A stretch of 64,000 nucleotides of DNA from a virus, in IMG/VR virus record IMGVR_UViG_3300021130_000224, positions 1 to 64,000 of that record; one strand, given 5' to 3'. Position numbers and translations under genes: made by a program. Below, piece after piece: positions 45,301 through 53,523 of this stretch. Numbering within the stretch: the stretch's first letter is position 1; each line of letters starts with the position of its first letter. The notes under the pieces are model-generated. The model was not told where the DNA came from and searched no databases. It saw only the letters and a list, made by a program, of their open reading frames with translations.

Positions 45301-47205
45301 TTAAATGGTTTATATAACAATATAGGAGCACCCGGCAACAATCTATTTACAAATTTCTTTGATGTATTAGGAGCAATGGTTGGAACTGTAGTAATTATAC
45401 CTGTACTTGTCTTAGAGATATTGGAAATATTTGTAGGACTGATTACAGGCCACCTGCTCACTACTGTTGGCCTCAAGGTAACTAATCTTGATTACTACCA
45501 ATATGATGACATCTATGAAAAGGGTATGGCATATTTATACGCATATGGTATCCCCTATTACTTCTGTGAGTCTCAGGTAAACGTAGATATGCGACAAGCA
45601 TATAATGACAGAGAAGGTAACTTCTATCCTAATGTGGCTACCGATATTCCAGATGAGTGGGTACAGGAAACCAATGTGCCTATTGCATTTGACAACACTT
45701 ATACATATAATAAAACTTACAGTAAACAAAATCATGAAACTGCTTTTACTGTCCTTAGACCTGATTGGGAACCTGGACAACAATGTTACATCACTTATAA
45801 TAACAGAGCTGTATGGAGTGAAGCATCTGACATGGAGGATACAAGAAATAACTGGCTCGTATATAAGCCGGCAAATACCTTTGACTTCCCGAAATCGTTT
45901 GGATCTTTAGTTGCAATGGATAGACTGGAATCCAGAGCTGTAATGGTAAGATATGTAAACCATACACAGTTATATAACGCCCAGGCTACTATTGAAACTA
46001 CGGCTATAAATGCAGCTCTTGGTACCGGTGCACTATTCTCCGGTACTCAACCAATTGACTTCAATATGTCTGATTCTGGTTATGCAGGTACTCAGCACAA
46101 GTTCTTATTGCAAACAGAGCATGGTCACATCTTTGCTGATGCAATGAGAGGTCAGATAATCTTAGTTAGAGGTACAGCAATCGAAGAGCTTTCAAATGAA
46201 AAATACCACAATGCAAAATGGTTCCAAAATAATTTACCATTTAACATTATAAAATATTTTCCAACGTATCCTATTGATAATCATTTTAATGGCTGTGGTT
46301 TACATGGTGTGTATGATGATTACTATAAGAGGTTAATGTTAACCAAAATTGACTATACTCCATATGACGGAGTTATGTACGATGGTACTAACTTTTACAT
46401 AGAGGAACTAGTTACACAAAACGTAAAATTACACTCGCAAACTACCCTACAAAAAGTAATTGTACAGCTTGGTGACCCAGAGTATTTCTGCAACAAAAGT
46501 TGGACAATGAGTTTCTCTTTCTTATCTAATAGCTGGATAAGTTGGCATTCTTACATCCCGAATTTCTATGTTCAGAACAGTGTCTCTTTTCAATCAGGTA
46601 AGAATGATGACACTTGTACTGTATGGAATCACAACCAGACATTTACATTGTTCAATAACTTTTATGGTCAGGATTATCCTTACATCATAGAGTATCCATT
46701 CAGTTATCAATACCTTGATCAGCTATTGCAATATGTAGAGGAGTACATGACTGTATTAAAATACAATGATGAGGGTATCTATATTGAGCCGAATGAAACA
46801 GTTTATTACACGCAGACAATTGTCTACAATAAACAAGCATCTACTGGGTTACTTAACCTTATACCAAAAGATATTAATAACAGGGCTCAGTATTTTAGCT
46901 ACCCTAAATACAACCCAGATTCTATAGATATTCTTGTAACAAAGGTAGATCATATGTATTCATACAATATGTTGTGGAATAATCTGAAGAGTCCTAACCT
47001 TACACAATGGACAAATAACTGTACACCAGAATTAGGTAATAAAACATTAAATCAGGTTAACTTTGATTACTCAACAAAGAGTTTTCAGAAGTATCCTCTC
47101 AGGGCCAAAGACACCTTGATCAGGCAAATGTCAAATAGAGTGTCAATGGCTTACAAAATGATTAGTAAATTTATAGTCGCTAAGACTCAAAATATGATCA
47201 GCTAA
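42343..47205 (+). CDS. tail stabilisation / muzzle protein (P22 gp10-like)
   Basis: 1620 aa; GLNTD..DALN..QNEEGN, GTYQFAIQY, GYFRDEVY, PIRHHKFPD, GGDCFI, WISWHSY. Confidence 0.85.
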   Translation: MAGNQNMNQNRALAGLNTDNIISQVQEGYVTDALNAINGSFDGNQVTYQNEEGNVQCITMPTGYKCIGLKNIMEISQVWYFITNTTTNYSMIGYVASNNCTFVPVIDDSVFGSDLLNFNIAYPIHKIEIKTTNCSTQLYWTDKYNHRRFLDINNLPWQTGSPGVLDTNKMEIQPIFKIPEITPTAITVGGNLLEGTYQFAIQYSSIKGEGMTSWYSVTNPVSIFLESKVSASYNLQTNYAIPLVISNLDMTRLYEYFNLAVIKTINAVTTVEYVGTYYIQTDTYNHTYTGDEQSSTNIQLTLMDIMTQNDYYDLAGDLTQVDNTLVWADMVKEEDISYQKIFNQVKVHWGTSQMPVGQTIGYHNGVECAEAKGYFRDEVYALEGCLLFNNGKQSTRFHIPGREATAYDLEAISNADEQAVVTATCPAPLMPRWKVYNTGSVLGSLPGSADLCTGIRPWQYGEMSYWESEEIYPNNAFIWGTLAGQPIRHHKFPDCTVTPIHDSAVSPGPGVGYSPGYVYPIGFKIDIQSLYTAIINSPDLTEAQKRSITGFKIMRSDRAGERSIIAKGMFYNVGQYDKDGSTYFYPNYPFNDLNPDVFISSKPVTSIPYTWNHKLTGNTDAGTPLNNFQNSRFTFHSPDTHFYQPSGIQDSLMNLETAEYGTCKAHFVKVKNNAGEKIRTINALEIALAAAFVSTVGIDINISNSATVGTTTDTTTTVDIRPTFNPQNFFPTYNNMLDILDKLSPYYNYGWQYNAVGYYTNSVPIPQNVGNKVRFINYGGYITPGLQGTFGDVHPINNTGRESSVYVSIAGSMLYPHQQVNTNGQNLGVPIDTSRKIASQVGMRESSTPFYEPISAYYGSIKAIRPGQYGQVFSYRPIDTGTFGAFFDTQGNPINDHPIVYGGDCFINLFALKIKHPFYLKSTVDKPDGFDIDYNQDADPNNTSQAYTNTGNVGYPIWYYSTSNLPFVADPLLHGGLVNLNNSLNWLNGLYNNIGAPGNNLFTNFFDVLGAMVGTVVIIPVLVLEILEIFVGLITGHLLTTVGLKVTNLDYYQYDDIYEKGMAYLYAYGIPYYFCESQVNVDMRQAYNDREGNFYPNVATDIPDEWVQETNVPIAFDNTYTYNKTYSKQNHETAFTVLRPDWEPGQQCYITYNNRAVWSEASDMEDTRNNWLVYKPANTFDFPKSFGSLVAMDRLESRAVMVRYVNHTQLYNAQATIETTAINAALGTGALFSGTQPIDFNMSDSGYAGTQHKFLLQTEHGHIFADAMRGQIILVRGTAIEELSNEKYHNAKWFQNNLPFNIIKYFPTYPIDNHFNGCGLHGVYDDYYKRLMLTKIDYTPYDGVMYDGTNFYIEELVTQNVKLHSQTTLQKVIVQLGDPEYFCNKSWTMSFSFLSNSWISWHSYIPNFYVQNSVSFQSGKNDDTCTVWNHNQTFTLFNNFYGQDYPYIIEYPFSYQYLDQLLQYVEEYMTVLKYNDEGIYIEPNETVYYTQTIVYNKQASTGLLNLIPKDINNRAQYFSYPKYNPDSIDILVTKVDHMYSYNMLWNNLKSPNLTQWTNNCTPELGNKTLNQVNFDYSTKSFQKYPLRAKDTLIRQMSNRVSMAYKMISKFIVAKTQNMIS

Positions 47206-49661
47206 TGAAAAAGAACTGGTTAAAGCAATATGCACAGGAGGGTAAAGTAGATTATTGGAATGAACTTGCCAAGGCTAAGTATGGTCAGAATATGCCAAAT
47301 ATGACTGATGAACAAATAGCTATAGTAAGAGATACTAATCGTGTTACCGATGACCCTTTGATGATACCTGGTTCACCAAGAGTAAAGGCTCAATCAGGAA
47401 CTAAGGTATCAAGCAAGGGTTATAAGAAGAACTCTCCAGATAAGAATGAGCCGATGCTTACTATCCCAAGCAACAGGATAACTATGCAGGATGTAGAGCA
47501 TCCTGTAATGGCATACCCTTCTGCCGGTAATCCTACTTTCATGCATCCAGGTGGTGAGTACTACTTTCCTCATGCTGATTATGTAACAGAAGTACCTGCT
47601 ATGGCTCAAGGTGGAATGATTAAAAGAGCAGATGGTCATTACTCTAAAAGAGGTTTGTGGGATAATATTAGAGCAAATGCTGGCTCTGGTAAAAAGCCTA
47701 CTAAAGAAATGCTTAAACAGGAAAAGAAAATAAAAGCTTCTGAAAAAGCACAAGATGGAAAAAAACTTAGTGCATCTGATCTTGCTAAATTAAGACAAGC
47801 AGTAGCTAACTATAATCCTTCTCCTTATCAAGATATGGACCCTGCTATGTTGCAGCAATATAGAGAGAATCAACGTGTAATGCAACTTGCTGCTACACCT
47901 CAAGGTAAAGTACAACTTAAAAAAGAAGCAGAAGATAAAAAGTATGCAAACAAGAAAAAACAAGAAGTAGCAAAAGATAAAGAAACAAGAAAAGAGCTAC
48001 AAGAACAATATGCAAGACAAAGGTTTGCAGATGACCCATCTGTTATAAACCCTGCATACTGGCAAACAGATCCTCAGACAGGTAGGACTCCTCAACAACG
48101 TCTTGATGACATGGGTACAGACTTGCAAACCCGGGTATTTCGTGGTGGCACTGATGTAATTGACAACTTGAATCCTGGTGTATGGGTTGCAGGAATGGCA
48201 GGTAACCTTGCAAAAGCACCATTAAAAGCACAACAAGAAAACTCTTACACGCCATATCTATCTGCTCTTGGTGAACCACTTGCATGGGGGATAGGTGAGG
48301 AATTAATAGCACCTTATGTAAATAAAGCAGTTGGTAAAGCATCTCAAAAAATAAAAGATGCGTACTCTAAACTAAATGATGCTGTAAAACCACCAAGGTA
48401 TAGTCTTCCAATGATGACAGATATTGTGCCTCAAGTATCACAAAATATAAAAGCAAATTATAAAGATATATTAAAAGCAAGACAAATTTTTTCACCTACA
48501 TTAACCGAAGGTTATGAGTATATAGATGAATTAGCTGATGCTTACTCAGTACAAGATAAACTTGATGTTTTTGGACAGTATAAAAATTATCCTTTTTCAG
48601 AACAACGTCTTTGGAATCCATATGATCCAAATTCTATTAAACCTTTATCAAAAAGTGAATTTGCTAAAAAGGTAAAAGGTAATTTAAAATCATTAGCATT
48701 TCAACCAGAAAAAATAGATGCTGGATATAAAAAAGGAATAGAAGAAGCAAATACTTTTGTTAGAGGAGTTTCTACCAATTGGGATGCTATTAAAAAATCT
48801 AATCCAGAAGGATTTAAAAATATAACTCAAACATTAGAAAAGGTAGGAATAGATTGGAAAAATAATCCAGATCAAGCTGCTGTATATATGGCAACACATA
48901 TTCCAGGTGATACAGGTTATGGTAGAGCAGGTTTAAATCCAAACGAACATGCATTATATACTTCTAATTCTGAAGGAACTGCAGAAGGGTATACATATGG
49001 AGATGGCTATATTGTAAAAGGAAGAAAACCTATTAATTTTAAAGGAAACAATAGAAGAGAATGGTTAAAAGAATTACCAACTGTTATTGATGAAGATATA
49101 ATAAATGCTCATGAATTAGGCGTTAAAGAAAACCCAGCTAAATTTGATTTTCGTAACATGATGGATTTCGGTAATGATAATTTTGAATTTTCTAAAACAA
49201 AAAAATTAAATAATAATTTAGTTGATAAATGGGAAAATGATTACGCAGCTTTTTTAGAAACGCAAAATTTAGAACACCCTGATCCTATTGTAGGTTACGG
49301 TTTTTACGATTTTGATGATGTTCCAGGCATTGAAGTGAAGGGATTAGAAGATCTTAAAAAAATACATAATTTTAAAGAAGATTGGTTTAATAAACACAAA
49401 GACAAAATTAAAGAATTTGATATACCTGAGTTACCAAGTTCCTATATTAAAAAAACAGACCATATTAAATTTAATGATTATGCTCATTATTTACATGTAG
49501 GAGAACCTGGGCAAAAAGTATTAGAACCAATAAATGTAAAACAAATAACTCCTGAAATTTGGAAAAAAACGAATAGGGGACATTATGGGACACCATCAAA
49601 TGGGTTATCAAAACAAAAATACGGTGGTAAATTAACAAAGAACTGGTTACAAAATTATTAA
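47205..49661 (+). CDS. modular virion cargo protein with a putative ADP-ribosyltransferase-like domain
   Basis: short modules separated by AQxG/KYGG motifs; FVRG...LYTSNS...AEGY. Confidence 0.65.
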   Translation: MKKNWLKQYAQEGKVDYWNELAKAKYGQNMPNMTDEQIAIVRDTNRVTDDPLMIPGSPRVKAQSGTKVSSKGYKKNSPDKNEPMLTIPSNRITMQDVEHPVMAYPSAGNPTFMHPGGEYYFPHADYVTEVPAMAQGGMIKRADGHYSKRGLWDNIRANAGSGKKPTKEMLKQEKKIKASEKAQDGKKLSASDLAKLRQAVANYNPSPYQDMDPAMLQQYRENQRVMQLAATPQGKVQLKKEAEDKKYANKKKQEVAKDKETRKELQEQYARQRFADDPSVINPAYWQTDPQTGRTPQQRLDDMGTDLQTRVFRGGTDVIDNLNPGVWVAGMAGNLAKAPLKAQQENSYTPYLSALGEPLAWGIGEELIAPYVNKAVGKASQKIKDAYSKLNDAVKPPRYSLPMMTDIVPQVSQNIKANYKDILKARQIFSPTLTEGYEYIDELADAYSVQDKLDVFGQYKNYPFSEQRLWNPYDPNSIKPLSKSEFAKKVKGNLKSLAFQPEKIDAGYKKGIEEANTFVRGVSTNWDAIKKSNPEGFKNITQTLEKVGIDWKNNPDQAAVYMATHIPGDTGYGRAGLNPNEHALYTSNSEGTAEGYTYGDGYIVKGRKPINFKGNNRREWLKELPTVIDEDIINAHELGVKENPAKFDFRNMMDFGNDNFEFSKTKKLNNNLVDKWENDYAAFLETQNLEHPDPIVGYGFYDFDDVPGIEVKGLEDLKKIHNFKEDWFNKHKDKIKEFDIPELPSSYIKKTDHIKFNDYAHYLHVGEPGQKVLEPINVKQITPEIWKKTNRGHYGTPSNGLSKQKYGGKLTKNWLQNY

Positions 49662-49662
49662 T

Positions 49663-52600
49663 ATGAAAAAGAAAGCAACATTACACCCATTTCTTAAAAT
49701 GGCAGGAGTTAAATCTGAAAAGGAACTATATGATAAGTATCCTACAGATGAGCACTTCTTTAAAGCTTATCCTCAAGCTAAATATGGAATGATGATGGCA
49801 CAAGATGGTGCAATGACATTACCCAATGCTAAACCAAATGTAGCATGGCAACCATCTGGTCAAGGATTAAGTCCTGCAGATAATGTGGCAGGTCTAAATG
49901 CTGCAGGTCCAATGCCACAACAGGGTGGATATCAAGCTGCTCAAGGTCCTGTATTTGAAGGACAAATGCCTGAACAAGAACAGCAAAAACAGGAACAACC
50001 TGAAGTCAAAGAAAATAAAAAGGGTAATAATAAAAATAAACTAAAAATAAGTGCAGGTAAAAAAACTTGGGACCCATTTGCAAAAGATAATGCATGGAAT
50101 ACAGGTAAAGGTGTTGCTACTACAGATGTAATAGCAGGTGGGCTTGCTATGACCGCAGGGGCAATACCTTTTCAGCCGGCCAAGAAAAATCAGGATATTT
50201 TACCACCAGCAATTACTACCGGCAATTATGGTTATGGTAGCCAGGCATCCTTTGAAAATGGTGGTAACATCTCTCCGACAAAAGCTCGTGAGATGCTACA
50301 CAATCCTCCTCATGGTAAACCTCTAAGCGAGAAACAACGTAAGTACTTTGGTGCAATAGCTTCTGGTTATGCAGATGATGGTGCTAAAATGGCAATAGGT
50401 CAGCTTGGTCAAATAGAGCATAAACTGAATGAACTAAAAAAAGTAGTTACTCCTGATTCAGAAATAGAACCATGGGTAGCAAGCAAAGTAACATTAGCTG
50501 CAGACTATCTAAATAATGTAGGTAACTACATGCAGTTTAACCCTGATGCACAACCTCAAGGTCAGCAACAAATGCAACAACCAGGTATGTACATGGGTGG
50601 TTATTTACGTGCAGATGGTGGCCCTATGATTACACATGTAAAACCTTCTCCGTATACTTACTACCGTCCAATGACAAAAACAAATCGTCAGAAGATGGAC
50701 ATGCCTGATTACATGCCTGGTCAAAGTACTCCTGATTTACCTTTTGCTGCTAATGGTATTAATATACCTGGAGTAGGAGGTTATCAGGCACCAGTTACAG
50801 ATCAAGAAAGGGAACAGTGGAATCAGTATCAATCTACAATGTCTCACCAACCCGGAACATATGTAAGAAACTGGCAGCACAATCAGGATTTCCAAAAACA
50901 AATGGCACAGCAAACTGGTTTTGATTACAATAGAGCCGGTGCAATACAAGCCGATATGCAAGCTCGTAGCCAACAGTATCCTGGCTCAGTAAGTGGTATA
51001 AAACCCGGTGCAACTGAAAACCAGAACTGGGGAGGTGATGCTAATTGGGTAGGTGATAGAGAAAGACAAAAGGCTTATGGTAAATATGAGTATTTGCATT
51101 ATGATCCTAAAGGTAATTTATATCCAGGAGAAGCTGGTCATAAAGAAGCAAGTTTTACTCCTATGACCAAAGAGCAAATGGGAAATTGGGAAAACTCTGC
51201 TTATACTAAAGGTCCTAATCAATGGGTAACTAATAATCAAGGTATTGGAATGAATGCTCCTCAATCTGAGATAGATAAACTTTATCAACCTGGAGCACAA
51301 GGTAGTGCTCCTTCAGCCGGAGGCTTTGGTTCAAATACTCCTGTAGCAAGTTCTACTCAACCTCGTACAAAAGCTTTTCCTACAATGGATCAAGCCAAAG
51401 CTGCTTATGCTAAAAAGAAAGAAGGTGTTGAAACAAAATGGAATGCTACTAGTGGAGAATATGAAGAAGTAGGTAAAGGAAGTAAAGCAGTTGCAAATAC
51501 CGATAATTCAGGCCCAGGTCAAGAAGCTTATTCAGTTGATGCCACAAGACGTACAGGAAAAGGTTCAGATGAAGCAAAATATGGTAAGCAAATGATACCT
51601 GGAATGTATCACCCTGACCACGATATGGAAATGCTTGATCAATATCCTCACAAGATGGGTGGTATGTACAAACCGTATTCCCATACATACACAATGGCTC
51701 AAGGTGGACCTATTCCATTTGCAAATGGTGGCAATACGGGTACAGATGTACATGTAGAAGATAGTAAATTTAAAATGCTTTCTCCGCATACAGCCGAAAT
51801 TGGAGGAGATTATCATTCTAATGGTGGTACAGATATACAAGCCAACGGACAAAAAGTAGAGGCAGAAAAAGGAGAAACCCTTCACATACAACCTGACGGA
51901 AGTACTATTGTTGGTGGTAATCTTATTTTTCCAGGTACCAATACTAAAATAAAAAATGTTTACAAAAAAATAGCTAAAAATTTGGAGGCACCTCTTGCTA
52001 AGATGCAAAAGAAAAATGATAAGATAAAAGATAAAGCTAGTTATTTTTTAAATGAATATGGTAAAGCTGGAGATGGTCCTACTAATCAATTCAGAGCCCC
52101 TGCTTTCAATTATGGTAAAGTACTTGCTGACATGAATGAGCAGAACCAAAGAAGCATAGAAGATAAACAACAAGAAATTGTAGCAATAAAAGGTAAGGTA
52201 ACTGATGTACAAAATAAAATGCTGGAACTTGGTGGGATGATTGATCCTGAACATGGTGCCAAAAAGGTATCTCAAATGTTTAAAGGTAAGGATCAATTTA
52301 CAGCAAAGTGGGGTACGAGAATGGCACAAAAAGGTATTACATTAAAACAAGGAGCAGTTGATACATTTGATCCTAATATGGACCCAGGTATTACAGGTGA
52401 GCAACCTAAGTCAACACCTTATGAATTTGACCCATCTAAATCAGGTGTTGTTCCTGAATCTGAACCTAAACATCCAGATTGGGCTTACAAGCCAGATGGA
52501 AGTAAGATGACTCCTGAAGAAATGCAGAAAAATCTTATGGATAGAAAAAAACCAGAAGGTAAAGGCAAAGGTAAAGGCATAAGAGAAAAGCATGTAATTA

Positions 52601-53415
52601 ATCCAAATGCAATTAGGGATATATTTGAACAAGCCGATCCTTATCAGTCAATGCAGGTACAACCCTACCTTGAGCCAGAGTATAACGTATCTTTCCAACA
52701 AAAGAAGAATGCTATACAATCTGCTTTTGCCCCGGCAATGAAAGCTGCTAAAACTTCTGGACAACAAGCAGCAATAGCTGCTCAGATGGCAGAACAACTT
52801 GGAGCAGTTGATAGTGAAGAGTTTAACTTTAATCAGCAGAATAGAGGTCAGATACTTGGAAGGAATCTTGGTGAGATGAGAGGTGTTCGTGATACAAACA
52901 TGAAACTTGGAATGGATGCTTATGAGAAAGGTTTAGGTGCAAAAGAAGCAGCACGTCAGATAAGAAGACATGGTGGTGAAAAAGTATTTTCTGACTGGAG
53001 AACTGTTGATGCCGAGAATAAAAGACTTGGTACATATGAAGATTTTGCAGGATGGTTCCAAGATCCTGCTACAAGAGATTATATAAGAACTCTTCCTCCT
53101 GAAAAATTAACTGAAGCTATTGCAAGTATTGTTGATCCTAATAAAAAGGAAATTGTCACTTCTACTGAAGAAGATGGACCAAAAGGTAAAAAGAAAAAGG
53201 TTCAGACAAAACAAGAAGAAGCATACTTTGGTACATATTTCCCAGGTATACAAAGAACATACTTTGGAGGTGGTGCAGTAGGTGGTGGAATGGGACATGG
53301 TGGTGGAGGTATGCATGGAATGCCAGGACATGCCGGCTCAATGGCCTCAAGGTATTCTCCGGGAGGTGATGCATCTTACTATGAAAAGAAAAAGAAGAAG
53401 AAAAAGACTACCTAA
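49663..53415 (+). CDS. modular, low-complexity virion cargo protein
   Basis: 1250 aa; many AxxG(G) motifs; GDYHSNGG..VEAEKGE module. Confidence 0.75.
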   Translation: MKKKATLHPFLKMAGVKSEKELYDKYPTDEHFFKAYPQAKYGMMMAQDGAMTLPNAKPNVAWQPSGQGLSPADNVAGLNAAGPMPQQGGYQAAQGPVFEGQMPEQEQQKQEQPEVKENKKGNNKNKLKISAGKKTWDPFAKDNAWNTGKGVATTDVIAGGLAMTAGAIPFQPAKKNQDILPPAITTGNYGYGSQASFENGGNISPTKAREMLHNPPHGKPLSEKQRKYFGAIASGYADDGAKMAIGQLGQIEHKLNELKKVVTPDSEIEPWVASKVTLAADYLNNVGNYMQFNPDAQPQGQQQMQQPGMYMGGYLRADGGPMITHVKPSPYTYYRPMTKTNRQKMDMPDYMPGQSTPDLPFAANGINIPGVGGYQAPVTDQEREQWNQYQSTMSHQPGTYVRNWQHNQDFQKQMAQQTGFDYNRAGAIQADMQARSQQYPGSVSGIKPGATENQNWGGDANWVGDRERQKAYGKYEYLHYDPKGNLYPGEAGHKEASFTPMTKEQMGNWENSAYTKGPNQWVTNNQGIGMNAPQSEIDKLYQPGAQGSAPSAGGFGSNTPVASSTQPRTKAFPTMDQAKAAYAKKKEGVETKWNATSGEYEEVGKGSKAVANTDNSGPGQEAYSVDATRRTGKGSDEAKYGKQMIPGMYHPDHDMEMLDQYPHKMGGMYKPYSHTYTMAQGGPIPFANGGNTGTDVHVEDSKFKMLSPHTAEIGGDYHSNGGTDIQANGQKVEAEKGETLHIQPDGSTIVGGNLIFPGTNTKIKNVYKKIAKNLEAPLAKMQKKNDKIKDKASYFLNEYGKAGDGPTNQFRAPAFNYGKVLADMNEQNQRSIEDKQQEIVAIKGKVTDVQNKMLELGGMIDPEHGAKKVSQMFKGKDQFTAKWGTRMAQKGITLKQGAVDTFDPNMDPGITGEQPKSTPYEFDPSKSGVVPESEPKHPDWAYKPDGSKMTPEEMQKNLMDRKKPEGKGKGKGIREKHVINPNAIRDIFEQADPYQSMQVQPYLEPEYNVSFQQKKNAIQSAFAPAMKAAKTSGQQAAIAAQMAEQLGAVDSEEFNFNQQNRGQILGRNLGEMRGVRDTNMKLGMDAYEKGLGAKEAARQIRRHGGEKVFSDWRTVDAENKRLGTYEDFAGWFQDPATRDYIRTLPPEKLTEAIASIVDPNKKEIVTSTEEDGPKGKKKKVQTKQEEAYFGTYFPGIQRTYFGGGAVGGGMGHGGGGMHGMPGHAGSMASRYSPGGDASYYEKKKKKKKTT

Positions 53416-53477
53416 CCAAATCTGATAGTATTTATCTTTTGTAAACGTAAAACTAATCAGGAACATTAATTAACTTT

Positions 53478-53509
53478 ACGGAGCTAATCAGACAGGTTAG
53501 CTCCGTTTT
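53478..53509 (+). terminator. intrinsic terminator-like hairpin
   Basis: ACGGAGCTAAT...GTTAGCTCCGT-TTT. Confidence 0.6.
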
Positions 53510-53523
53510 AAAATATAAAAAAG

